IMG/VR virus record: IMGVR_UViG_3300017991_000054
DNA: 64,000 nt
From: an uncultured virus (IMG/VR IMGVR_UViG_3300017991_000054)
Lineage: Duplodnaviria; Heunggongvirae; Uroviricota; Caudoviricetes
Strand: one strand, 5' to 3'
The notes under the pieces are model-generated. The model was not told where the DNA came from and did no database searches. It saw only the letters and a program-made list of their open reading frames with translations. Position 1 is the first letter of the stretch, and each line of letters starts with the position of its first letter. A program made the translations under genes and the position numbers. Below, piece after piece: positions 25,501-35,286 of this stretch.

Positions 25501-25805
25501 ACCGTCACCTCCTTAGAATGAATTTATCGAAAATATGACCAACATTTTTCTACTCGTATATTAATATATATAAGTTGGTAATTTTATATTGATTGTTTCA
25601 TGTTTGTTAAATGAGAAACTAATTTTGAATTTAGTAACATATAATAAACGAAAGGAGATCATACCGTGGAATTTAATTGGAACGTAATAATGAATGGGTT
25701 GATAAGAATGACCCAAATTGTATGCATCGCTTGGATTATCAATTCATTTGTTAATTACTTTACAGTGAAATTGACAACGAAATACCAGAGGAGAATACTC
25801 GGAAG

Positions 25806-26285
25806 ATGAGTGATACCATAATTGTTGCTCCACACGCAGATGATGAATTAATTGGTTGTTATTCTGTTTTGTGTGATCCAGACTTGAAACCGATTATTAT
25901 TTATACTGAAGAAATGGATGAAAAACGTCAGAAAGAAGTTTTACTACTCAAAGATTTTGTTACATTAAAAGCTCAGACTTTTCTTAAAAATGTACCTATG
26001 AGTATGATGAAACCAGATAATAAGTTCTACTTTCCAGATCCCGTACATGAAACACATCCTGCACATAGAGCTGCTGGTATGATGGGTGAAGGTCTTGCGA
26101 GAATGGGATTAGATGTTATCTTTTACAGCACTGAAATGAATGTACCATGGAAGCAAGAGGTCTTCAACCCAGAAAAGAAGGAAAACCTTCTTAACAATAT
26201 ATATAGCAGTCAAGCTGATTTATGGAGATACGAAAAGAAGTACATCTTATTTGAGGCATATTATCAATGGATATTCCGCGTATAA
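25806..26285 (+). CDS. PIG-L/LmbE family deacetylase-like protein
   Basis: IIVAPHADDELIG, HPAHRA, Y.SQ motifs. Confidence 0.75.
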   Translation: MSDTIIVAPHADDELIGCYSVLCDPDLKPIIIYTEEMDEKRQKEVLLLKDFVTLKAQTFLKNVPMSMMKPDNKFYFPDPVHETHPAHRAAGMMGEGLARMGLDVIFYSTEMNVPWKQEVFNPEKKENLLNNIYSSQADLWRYEKKYILFEAYYQWIFRV

Positions 26286-26497
26286 TAGAACTATGTTGCA
26301 CTGTTATAAGTATCATTGGAGTAACTTTAGTTTGTATACCAAAGATCCAAGGTGTATACTTAATAATTCTTGCGCAAACAGGTTGGGTAATATTCTCAGC
26401 TTTGAAGGACTTAGATTTTCTTTTGATTCAGAGTCTTTATATGGTTGGTATTAACATTTATGCAATATGGAGTTGGGGGAAGAAAAATGTCGGATGA
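26267..26497 (+). CDS. Small 3-TM membrane protein (PnuC/SemiSWEET-like)
   Basis: Three hydrophobic segments ending INIYAIWSW. Confidence 0.5.
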   Translation: MDIPRIIELCCTVISIIGVTLVCIPKIQGVYLIILAQTGWVIFSALKDLDFLLIQSLYMVGINIYAIWSWGKKNVG

Positions 26498-26804
26498 TTT
26501 GAATGATGAAGTTTTTAAAGCTGCGATTGACACGTGGGGTGAAGAAGCTCAAGTGGGAATGTGTATTGAAGAAATGGGAGAAGCTCTAGCAGCAATTAAT
26601 CATTTCAAAAGAAAACGGATTGAAAAGGACAAGTTAATTGAAGAGTTTGTTGACGTCTATATAATGATGCGACAGATGAGATTTATGAATCAACATCTAT
26701 TCGATCAAATCTTTAGGTTTAAAGTTAATCGGATACGTCATAAACTAGGGTTAACTACCAATCCTTGTATTGATCTAAATAAGGTAAAACAAAATGAAGG
26801 GTAA
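26487..26804 (+). CDS. MazG-like nucleotide pyrophosphohydrolase
   Basis: WGEEAQ..MCIEEMGE...LIEEFVDVYIM. Confidence 0.7.
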   Translation: MSDDLNDEVFKAAIDTWGEEAQVGMCIEEMGEALAAINHFKRKRIEKDKLIEEFVDVYIMMRQMRFMNQHLFDQIFRFKVNRIRHKLGLTTNPCIDLNKVKQNEG

Positions 26805-26818
26805 AGAAGAGGAAGAAG

Positions 26819-27775
26819 ATGAGCAGACTGATATTTGTCCCACAGTATCCAGCTAAATTAAGATATCAGGAATGGTGGTTTCAAGAATTTCCTAAACACT
26901 TTAGAAAGCATTTTGATGAGGTCTTAGTACTTGGTGAACACCTTCTAAAATCAGGTGAATTCTATCGAGGTAGACAGGACTCATTCTCGCCTATTAAGTT
27001 GTCTATTGACTTTGAAACGGAGTTAATAAGGGAATATTATCGTGTCCAAATCGACCCGTCTGATACCCTATTTCTCGCAGACATCAGTTTTCCCGGGTTA
27101 TTTTCGAATGTCTTATATCATAAGCCATGTCAAAATTCATACGCGTTTTGTCACGCGTCTGCGTTAAATGCGTATGATTACTGGCAACCTGTTCGTAAAT
27201 ATAAATGGAAAGTAGAGTGCCAACATTCTCGCCTTTTCAAGAAGATTTTTGTAGGTACAAATTATCATCAGAGAAAATTAGGATGGTATAATACCTCAGT
27301 TGTTGGTCTCCCAAATCCACCTTTTATCTACAAGGATAGGTTCCCTGAAGAGAAATCTATTAATCTTATAAGTGTGAGCCGACCAAGCATCCAAAAGGTA
27401 AACAAAAAATTAGAGAAGCAAGTAGAAAAAAGATTTGGTAAAATTGTACGAACCCCAGATATGGGGTTGCATTCTTGGGCGACATATTATAAATTTTTGT
27501 TAATGTCAAAAATAATGGTTATCACATCAAAAGAAGAGACTTGGGGTTATCAAGTAATAGATGCAATTTTGAATGATGTGATTCCATTAGCCCCGAACAA
27601 ATACTCATATCCAGAGCTTTTACCTCAAGCGTATTTGTACGACAACGACAGAGAATTGCTGGAGATGATAGATCATATCTTGGAATATGACGACGTTAGA
27701 GTTCCAGAGATAAGGTGTCAAGAAAGAATTAACACTTTCTATGATAGAGTATGTAATGTTATGAAAGGGAGTTAA
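26819..27775 (+). CDS. Glycosyltransferase (GT-B/GT4-like)
   Basis: SRPSIQK, SKEETWGYQVIDAI...PLAPNKYSYPELL. Confidence 0.7.
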   Translation: MSRLIFVPQYPAKLRYQEWWFQEFPKHFRKHFDEVLVLGEHLLKSGEFYRGRQDSFSPIKLSIDFETELIREYYRVQIDPSDTLFLADISFPGLFSNVLYHKPCQNSYAFCHASALNAYDYWQPVRKYKWKVECQHSRLFKKIFVGTNYHQRKLGWYNTSVVGLPNPPFIYKDRFPEEKSINLISVSRPSIQKVNKKLEKQVEKRFGKIVRTPDMGLHSWATYYKFLLMSKIMVITSKEETWGYQVIDAILNDVIPLAPNKYSYPELLPQAYLYDNDRELLEMIDHILEYDDVRVPEIRCQERINTFYDRVCNVMKGS

Positions 27776-27776
27776 A

Positions 27777-28523
27777 TTGAATGCAGCAGCAAAAGAAAGA
27801 CGAAGAAAGAAACAACGTAGAGAATTAGAGAAGAAACCTGTAAAAGGTAAAATTTCAAGGAAAAAGGCAACAGCAGCTTGGGATGACCATCCATTGAAAG
27901 GAACTATTCATGCCCTATGGACCCATGGAACTGTAACACCACTAACATATGTGGATATCGGAGAATTGATATACTATGGTTGGCGAACAGTAAAATCTCA
28001 GATAAATTATATCATCATGAAGTCATTCCTCAAAAGTTATATTACAATGGGAAAGTCAGGAAGAAAAAATACGTATTTTTTAGATCCATCTAGGCGGCAA
28101 GTACCTTTTGATATGTTATGTCATTTACTCGAAGAATCTTATTATAAAAATAAATTTGGACCAAATTTACCTGAGCAAATGGTAAAGATGCTGCTAGATG
28201 AAATTGAACCCCACCAATGGAAATATACAGGTGACGTAACAAAGAAGAACCAATTCGCTGGAAAATATCCCGATCTAAGTCATAAGTTCGCACCGTATCT
28301 TATTGAGTTCAATGGCATCTATCATCATGGCGAACCAGACGGAATGGAAGAAAGAAAACGAAAACGTTTATTTGCTGAGAATGGAAAATATACATTGTTT
28401 TTGTGTGAATATGATTTACAAGACAGATGTCAAATGAAAGAAAAAATTATACGTTTTAGGTCATACAAAAAACCACTCAATACAAAGAAACAAATTGAAG
28501 AGTTCTTAAACATGAGGTTTTAA
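27777..28523 (+). CDS. Putative PD-(D/E)xK/Vsr-like endonuclease
   Basis: YPD...LIEFNGIYHHG...GKYTLFLCE. Confidence 0.55.
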   Translation: MNAAAKERRRKKQRRELEKKPVKGKISRKKATAAWDDHPLKGTIHALWTHGTVTPLTYVDIGELIYYGWRTVKSQINYIIMKSFLKSYITMGKSGRKNTYFLDPSRRQVPFDMLCHLLEESYYKNKFGPNLPEQMVKMLLDEIEPHQWKYTGDVTKKNQFAGKYPDLSHKFAPYLIEFNGIYHHGEPDGMEERKRKRLFAENGKYTLFLCEYDLQDRCQMKEKIIRFRSYKKPLNTKKQIEEFLNMRF

Positions 28524-28524
28524 A

Positions 28525-29052
28525 ATGGTTAGTCCTTATAAGGTTTTTTGGAACTGGGTTTTTGATGGACGAGTAAATTCACCAATTCCGTCAGGTAAAG
28601 ATGTCCCAGATTTATTGAAATACAACTCACCAATTCACCATACCTTTCTTTTGAAGTCGTTTATCACAAATGGTAAGTTGAATGCTTACATGAATCAATG
28701 GTTAAATAACATAGGTTTTAGATACATTGAACGAGAAGATCTATTCTTTTTTGTTAAACAATGTGTTAAAGACTTTCGAGTAAAACGGAAGGAGATACAT
28801 TACTCTCCGTATAATCCCACAGATATCTTATTCGATAAGATAAGAAGAAAGTTCCCCGCGTTAAAACCCTATGAAATTACTTTGTTTTGTAAAATTTTAG
28901 AAAAGTCAAAGGACAAAGATGCTGTGTATAGTGCATTTGGAGTGGACAAACCAAAAAAAGAACGCAAAAAAATTGAGAAACGAAAACGTAAAAAACATGT
29001 AACATTGAAAACATTTCTCAGGGAAAACTTTAAAATGGTACAGGTAAAGTAA
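28525..29052 (+). CDS. Hypothetical protein
   Basis: 175 aa ORF preceding the polymerase. Confidence 0.65.
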   Translation: MVSPYKVFWNWVFDGRVNSPIPSGKDVPDLLKYNSPIHHTFLLKSFITNGKLNAYMNQWLNNIGFRYIEREDLFFFVKQCVKDFRVKRKEIHYSPYNPTDILFDKIRRKFPALKPYEITLFCKILEKSKDKDAVYSAFGVDKPKKERKKIEKRKRKKHVTLKTFLRENFKMVQVK

Positions 29053-29129
29053 TTGTCAAGGGAGTCGATCCCTCATCGGTTAATAATATATATAGAATTT
29101 TCATTTATTATGGATAGGAGGAGAATCTT

Positions 29130-32100
29130 GTGTTTAGTCTAAAAAGGTCGTTTGCAGACTGCTCTAGTTGTGATCTATTAGATGCAGAATCTTGTATATT
29201 AGAAACCAATTCTCCAGAAGATTTATCACAAGTTGATGTTGTGTTTGTGAGTGAGAATCCAGGTAAAGACGAGATCAAAAAAGAAGTACCCTTAATTGGT
29301 CGTGCTGGACAAACATTTCGAAAATACTTTAACAAGTATATTAAAAAAGAATGCAAGTGGTTGTTGACTAATTGTGTCCTATGTTTGACATTAGATGAAA
29401 AGGGTAATACAGGAAATCCAACAGATGACACAATAGATCATTGTAAAGAAAATTGTTTTGAGATTATTAGACAATGTAATCCAAAATTGGTTGTATTGAT
29501 GGGAACAAGTCCAATGAAAGCATTCGGGCTTGGGAAAAGTGGTATCACAAAGTTACGGGGCCAAACATTCAAATGGGAAGATTATGAAGTTCTATTGACC
29601 GTACATCCAAGTTTTGTAAATAGAAATAGAAGTTATGAAACTAAATTTGAAGAAGATATTATTAGTGCAGCAAATATAGTTGCATTTTTAGATAAACCAA
29701 TTCAAGGTCCAAAAACGAAGGGTGTGAAGAAAACAGGTAAGACAGGAATCCATCGATATAGAATTCCTGATAAATATTACACAGATGAGTATCGTTTGAT
29801 TGACATTCAAGTCCTAAATAATGGTGAAGTTCTTTATATGTTCCGAGATAGAGAAAATAAGAAAATTTACCATAAAGAGAGCGACGAATACATTTGTTAT
29901 CAAATTCCTTCTGGAATGGATGCGAGAAAAATTGTTCCGTACGACAAACTGGAGCAAATAACGGTTCCTTATAAGGAAAAGTCTAGGCTTGATCCTGACA
30001 TCACTTATGAAGGTGATATGAGAATCACAGCTAAACATGCTATGGATTACTATCATTTCAACCAAGGAGAAGCTCCAAAAGTTGACTCAAATATAATGTT
30101 CTTTGATATTGAGGTTGACACAGGGCGACATAATAAATCTTTTCCAAAACCAGAATTAGCAGACTTTCCAATTTGTCTAATCACGACTATGTTAAGAGGT
30201 GAAAAAATATGCTACATTCTCGACAATGGTTGTGAAGAGATCACACCAAAAGGTGATACAAAGCTAAAGATTTATAAAAGTGAAGTTGCATTAATGAAGG
30301 GATTTATTAAAGACTTTAGAGACTCAGATCCAGATTTTATTTGCGGTTGGAACTCAATTGCATTTGACTTGGAGTACATCTTTAATCGACTTCCAAAGTT
30401 GAAAATCCCAAGAGGAAGTATTTCAAGGTATAATGAGTTTTATGTAGACGGTCAGAGATTTGTATGCAATTTAACAGGTTGTGTTCCACTAGACCAGCTG
30501 TTTTTGTATAGGTCATTCACATTTACAAAGAAGGAGAGTTATAAACTTGGGTTTATTGCTCAAGAAGAACTTGGTGAAACTAAAATTGAACTTGAACTCC
30601 CAATTAACTTAATGTACTATGAAAGATTCAATACATTTATTGAGTACAACATAAGGGATACCGAAGTAATTGAAAAGTTAGAACAGAAACTAAAACACAT
30701 CAATTTGTTAAATGAACTCCGAATGATTTGTACATCTTCATTTGGCGCTGCATCTTCGACATTTGGACAGGTTGATTGTATCATGGTATCATTTCTAAAA
30801 GGAAGAGGGTTAGCATCAAAGAATGCAGATCCGCATATTGTAAAGACTCCGTATCCAGGAGCATATGTTCAAGAACCAATTCCAGGAATTTATAGTAACA
30901 TTACTGATTTTGACTTCACATCTCTGTATCCAAGTATCATTATGACTTATAACATTGGTGTGAACAACTTTGTAATGAGAACAGTTGAACCTACTGATGG
31001 ATATGATTTAGCTTATGATTATGATAGTGATAGAGAAGTAGATATCATAATTGACCCAACATTTGAAAATAAAAAAGGGAAAGCTACAATCAAACAACTT
31101 CGTGAAAAAGCTAAAGAACAAAATCTAATCTACACAATCAATGGTTGTTTTTACAAAACACATAAAGATGAAATGTCTGTATATAGTGAGGTTCTAGGAG
31201 ACTTACTGAGTTCTCGTAGAGCTTATAAGAAGAAGATGCTTGACGCAAAAGAGTCAGGTGATAAGGAATCTAAAAATCTATATAACACAAGACAGTTGGT
31301 TTATAAGGTTCTAGCTAACTCACTATATGGTGTTATTGCAAATAAAGCATTTAGATTCTTTGATGTTGGTTGTGCTGCAGCCATTACTCTAGGTGGTCAG
31401 GAAGCATTAAAAGCTTCTATCATTGAGGGTGATGCTTTTATGGAACATTTGCATTCTAAAAAGCCAATTACCCATCCACAATGGACTACAAAAACTGAGA
31501 TGTATGCTGCGGAGATGCCTGAAAGAAGTCCAAAATATATTGTAACTGGAGACACCGATTCAATTTTCTGCTGCTTTCAAAAGTTTCCTGGCGAGAAGTC
31601 AGATGAACGTATTAAGGACTGGTGTAATCAAGTACAGACTTATTTGAATACTGAGATTATGGAGAAAATTGTAACCAGTCATAATGCTTCAATGGAGACA
31701 AATAAACTCGATCTCAAGAATGAATTGATTATCTCAAGAGGATTATTTTTAGCTAAGAAGCGCTATGTAATTCACGTGACAAACAATGAAGGAAGAGTTG
31801 TAGATGAGACGAAATTTATGGGATTAGAAGTAAAGAGATCCGATTATCCGTCTAAATCAAAAGAGTTTATGAAGGAATTAATTGATCTCATTTTGAAGTC
31901 AAAAGAAGCGACTCTTTCAACATGGTTTAAGTTTATCAATAAGAAAGAACGAGAGTTCAGACAGTTGATTAAAAAGGGAGACAAGAGTATTGCTCGACCT
32001 GTATCTTATGGAAGAGAGTTAAAACAATACAAGACAATTCCACAAGGTGTAAGAGCAATGGAGAATTTCAATAAGATTTCTTATCAAGCTCATGTACCGG

Positions 32101-32363
32101 GTTCAAGGGGTTATATGTTTCGAGTTCTTGGAGTTGATATTGAAAAAGCGCCACCTGAAGTCGCGGAGAATTATAATAAACATATGGCGGAAGGTGGAGC
32201 AAAATTAGATGTGGTTGCAATTCCAGACGAAGAACCAAGACTTCCAGAGTATTACATTCCTGATATAAAGGGAAATTTGAAGTTTTGTTTTGAAGATAGA
32301 TATCAATTGTTACTGGCGCCTGTAACAGAAGTTAAAAAACAACAGGAAATTATGACTATATAA
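29130..32363 (+). CDS. Family B DNA polymerase with N-terminal family-4 uracil-DNA-glycosylase-like domain
   Basis: CSSC, ENPGKDE, PLIGRAGQ, HPS; exonuclease FFDIE, GWNS.AFD, YNIRD; polymerase DFTSLYPS, KVLANSLYG, TGDTDS, KKRY. Confidence 0.92.
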   Translation: MFSLKRSFADCSSCDLLDAESCILETNSPEDLSQVDVVFVSENPGKDEIKKEVPLIGRAGQTFRKYFNKYIKKECKWLLTNCVLCLTLDEKGNTGNPTDDTIDHCKENCFEIIRQCNPKLVVLMGTSPMKAFGLGKSGITKLRGQTFKWEDYEVLLTVHPSFVNRNRSYETKFEEDIISAANIVAFLDKPIQGPKTKGVKKTGKTGIHRYRIPDKYYTDEYRLIDIQVLNNGEVLYMFRDRENKKIYHKESDEYICYQIPSGMDARKIVPYDKLEQITVPYKEKSRLDPDITYEGDMRITAKHAMDYYHFNQGEAPKVDSNIMFFDIEVDTGRHNKSFPKPELADFPICLITTMLRGEKICYILDNGCEEITPKGDTKLKIYKSEVALMKGFIKDFRDSDPDFICGWNSIAFDLEYIFNRLPKLKIPRGSISRYNEFYVDGQRFVCNLTGCVPLDQLFLYRSFTFTKKESYKLGFIAQEELGETKIELELPINLMYYERFNTFIEYNIRDTEVIEKLEQKLKHINLLNELRMICTSSFGAASSTFGQVDCIMVSFLKGRGLASKNADPHIVKTPYPGAYVQEPIPGIYSNITDFDFTSLYPSIIMTYNIGVNNFVMRTVEPTDGYDLAYDYDSDREVDIIIDPTFENKKGKATIKQLREKAKEQNLIYTINGCFYKTHKDEMSVYSEVLGDLLSSRRAYKKKMLDAKESGDKESKNLYNTRQLVYKVLANSLYGVIANKAFRFFDVGCAAAITLGGQEALKASIIEGDAFMEHLHSKKPITHPQWTTKTEMYAAEMPERSPKYIVTGDTDSIFCCFQKFPGEKSDERIKDWCNQVQTYLNTEIMEKIVTSHNASMETNKLDLKNELIISRGLFLAKKRYVIHVTNNEGRVVDETKFMGLEVKRSDYPSKSKEFMKELIDLILKSKEATLSTWFKFINKKEREFRQLIKKGDKSIARPVSYGRELKQYKTIPQGVRAMENFNKISYQAHVPGSRGYMFRVLGVDIEKAPPEVAENYNKHMAEGGAKLDVVAIPDEEPRLPEYYIPDIKGNLKFCFEDRYQLLLAPVTEVKKQQEIMTI

Positions 32364-32396
32364 TGGAACAAATAAAAAACAATAGGGAGGAATTAC

Positions 32397-33077
32397 GTGG
32401 AAAAAGTTAAGTTGATTGAATGTATAAACACGTGGCAAGGAGAGGGTCCTAATGTCGGTCAACGGATGCTTTTATGCAGGTTTAAGTATTGTAACCTGCG
32501 GTGTCCGTGGTGCGATACTAGAGTTAAAATGAGAGCTGAACAGGAAGCAGAATTCAATATTCCACAGTTACAAGAAATTATTGACAATGAAAAAGTTGGG
32601 TTGATGATTACAGGTGGGGAACCGACGTTTAGCGCTCCACAGAATAATCAATTCAATAGTACATCATTGATGTTAACTGAGCTATATTATCCAATAGCAA
32701 ATGTAGAAACAAATGGATATATGTTACTACATCTTATGGAAGTAGTTAGAGATGACAAACCTGTTAATTACATCTACTCTCCAAAATTATTCAACGGTAA
32801 AGATTTAGAAACTGCAATAAGCAACATACAAATTTTGATTAAACGACCGCACTTTCACAATGTATTTTTGAAACCTGTATGTGAACCAACAACCGAGGTT
32901 ATTGAGTTTCTAAAATTTCTCAACCATGTACAATTTCCGCATAACCAGGTTTACCTTATGATTCAAGGTAAAAGTCGAGAAGAGCTTTTAAAGAATGCGC
33001 CAGACGTATTTGATATGGCTGAAGAATACAAATTTAATATTTCAAGTCGCGAACATTTGATTTTTGACTTCGTATAA
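32397..33077 (+). CDS. queE: 7-carboxy-7-deazaguanine synthase-like radical SAM protein
   Basis: TWQGEG, CNLRCPWCDT, ITGGEP, VETNG, SPK. Confidence 0.8.
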   Translation: MEKVKLIECINTWQGEGPNVGQRMLLCRFKYCNLRCPWCDTRVKMRAEQEAEFNIPQLQEIIDNEKVGLMITGGEPTFSAPQNNQFNSTSLMLTELYYPIANVETNGYMLLHLMEVVRDDKPVNYIYSPKLFNGKDLETAISNIQILIKRPHFHNVFLKPVCEPTTEVIEFLKFLNHVQFPHNQVYLMIQGKSREELLKNAPDVFDMAEEYKFNISSREHLIFDFV

Positions 33078-33092
33078 CGAAAGGAGAATACG

Positions 33093-33368
33093 ATGATACA
33101 AGCGGTTAAGGACAAACTAGTTATTGAAATGATTAAACCAAGTGAAGTTACAGAGGGTGGAATTGTAATTCCTGACACAGCTCAACAAAAAGAACCTCAA
33201 CTAAGAGGGAAAGTAATTTCTGTAGGAAACGAAGTCACCGAAGAAATCAAACCTGGTCAGACAATTTTTTGTCATGAACGAGCTGGTATGGATATCATGG
33301 TGAATAATGTCATTTACAAAGTTCTTGCTGATGGCGAAGTATACGCCACATATGAAGGAGTAAAATAA
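33093..33368 (+). CDS. groES: Co-chaperonin GroES
   Basis: DKLVIE...TEGGIVIPDTA...GKVISVG. Confidence 0.85.
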   Translation: MIQAVKDKLVIEMIKPSEVTEGGIVIPDTAQQKEPQLRGKVISVGNEVTEEIKPGQTIFCHERAGMDIMVNNVIYKVLADGEVYATYEGVK

Positions 33369-33613
33369 TGGGTAATGAAGGAGTATGTCCTCAAGAAATG
33401 ATGGGAGGCGGACCTTCCGTGTCAATGGAAGATATCGAAGATGCTGAAACAATTACTTGTGAAAAATGCAAATCTGTGGTATTCCATCATGGTTTTGTAA
33501 TCAAGAAAACTTCTGCGCTCAGCAAAGTTGGTGAACAAGTATTCGAAATACCCATCGTATATTGTGCAATGTGTGGAACTCCTGTAAAGGATTCCTGTCC
33601 AATAACGTTATAA
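33368..33613 (+). CDS. Zn-ribbon protein
   Basis: CEKC...CAMCG. Confidence 0.6.
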   Translation: MGNEGVCPQEMMGGGPSVSMEDIEDAETITCEKCKSVVFHHGFVIKKTSALSKVGEQVFEIPIVYCAMCGTPVKDSCPITL

Positions 33614-33625
33614 GGAGAATGGGAA

Positions 33626-34453
33626 ATGAACTGTGTACATATCGAAGCGCGAGATTTATCCGACGCCTGGTTTCAAAGCGTATTTAAGATCCTTGATGAG
33701 GGTCGAGTTTTTAAAATTGATAGAGGCTCGTACGCTGGTCAGAAACGACTAGAGTATGACTGGTTTTCTGTAAGAATTAAACATCCAGGTACTAGACCAC
33801 TACTACCCCAAATTGAATCTCATTTTGGTATTCCTAATCCTGTAGAAGATGGATATCTAGATGAATACCTTCCCTACCTCATGACACCTGCTTTAAAACC
33901 TGGAGAAAGTTATACATACGGTCAGAGAATCAGTGGGTATCCTGTCGCGTGGAATGATGTCGCAGAATATTTCAAAGAGAAAAATGCTGAAATATTGATC
34001 CAAGATGATGAAGCATGGAAGAATAAGAAAATCTTCTTTACTAATGAGAAAGGTGATCAATTTTTTCTTAATTCAATTGAGATGATGATCTGGACATATA
34101 AAAATAAAGGTTATAGAAATAACCAAATGGTCCTTCAAGTAGCTCATCCAACTGATATGAGATTACAAGATCCCCCATGTCTTCGTTTGATTGACACGAG
34201 AATTCAAGATGGAAAGCTGCACTTCTTCCCATACTTTAGATCTTGGGATTTATGGAATGGGTTTCCAGCAAACCTTGGTGGGATCCAACTACTTAAGGAA
34301 TATTGTGCTTCTGAAATTGGCGTAGAAGATGGTGAAATCATCGCTGCGTCAAAGGGTCTTCATGTATACGATTATGTCTTTGATATGGCTAAACTCATTA
34401 GAATGAGAGAAGACATGGAATTAAAAGATGGAGATAACTTAGATCAACCCTAA
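33626..34453 (+). CDS. thyA: Thymidylate synthase
   Basis: YTYGQR, DPPCL, FRSWDL..GFPAN, LHVYD. Confidence 0.85.
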   Translation: MNCVHIEARDLSDAWFQSVFKILDEGRVFKIDRGSYAGQKRLEYDWFSVRIKHPGTRPLLPQIESHFGIPNPVEDGYLDEYLPYLMTPALKPGESYTYGQRISGYPVAWNDVAEYFKEKNAEILIQDDEAWKNKKIFFTNEKGDQFFLNSIEMMIWTYKNKGYRNNQMVLQVAHPTDMRLQDPPCLRLIDTRIQDGKLHFFPYFRSWDLWNGFPANLGGIQLLKEYCASEIGVEDGEIIAASKGLHVYDYVFDMAKLIRMREDMELKDGDNLDQP

Positions 34454-34469
34454 ACTGAGAGGTTTTTGT

Positions 34470-35198
34470 ATGAACCCTGATGTCACTATTGACAAAAAGT
34501 TTTTTGATGTGTCATTTCCGCTTTTAGACAAGTTTCGGGAAATGGCACCTGGCTCATATAAACATTGTCAAAACGTTTCTAGTATATGCGAATCAATAGC
34601 AGTAGAATTAGATCTACATGCTGATATTTTAAAATGTGCAGCATTATATCATGACATCGGTAAAATGAACAACCCGCTGTACTTCTCAGAAAACCAACCT
34701 GAGAATGAGAACATCCATGATAGTCTAGAACCATTTGTTTCATATCATATGATTACAAGACACGTTGGAGATAGCGTCTTACATTTACTTCAAATTCCTG
34801 AGATGCCACTTGAAGTTATCGAAGTGGTGAGTCAACATCATGGAACTTCACTTTTGCAAGCATTTCACGCAAAAGCAAAAAGTGAACCAGAAGATAAATA
34901 TAGGTATAAGTGCTCGCAACCAACATCTGGTGAAGCTGCAATACTAATGATAGTTGACAGTGTTGAAGCTACTGCGAGATCACTATTTAACTCTGACAAC
35001 AGACCTGAGGATTTTATCCAAAAAGCTATTAATGGTACAATTGATAGGTTGGTTGATGATGGTCAGCTTGATAGTATGAAGATTGGAACCCTCAAAAAGA
35101 CAAAACAAGTTCTAACAAAAGAGTTAGAAAGTATATACCATAAACGGGTATCTTATGAACCGTCGTCTTCAGAGGAAAACGGGACAGAAAAAAATTAA
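34470..35198 (+). CDS. HD (HDIG) phosphohydrolase, PgpH-C-terminal-like, no TM domain
   Basis: APGSYKH, YHDIGKMNNPLYFSENQ, QHHGT, AILMIVDSVEA. Confidence 0.8.
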   Translation: MNPDVTIDKKFFDVSFPLLDKFREMAPGSYKHCQNVSSICESIAVELDLHADILKCAALYHDIGKMNNPLYFSENQPENENIHDSLEPFVSYHMITRHVGDSVLHLLQIPEMPLEVIEVVSQHHGTSLLQAFHAKAKSEPEDKYRYKCSQPTSGEAAILMIVDSVEATARSLFNSDNRPEDFIQKAINGTIDRLVDDGQLDSMKIGTLKKTKQVLTKELESIYHKRVSYEPSSSEENGTEKN

Positions 35199-35216
35199 AA
35201 AAATAACAAAAAAAGC

Positions 35217-35245
35217 TTGCGCTTCGAACTAAAAATGCTTATTAT
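35217..35245 (+). promoter_or_regulatory. Sigma70-like promoter
   Basis: TTGCGC-N17-TATTAT preceded by an A-rich UP element. Confidence 0.5.
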
Positions 35246-35286
35246 AAAATATGGAAGTTAAATAATAAGCATAGGAGGTAGTACAA

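Noticed and set aside
33626..34453. dCMP hydroxymethylase
   Set aside because: Has the Asn (GFPAN) associated with dUMP specificity
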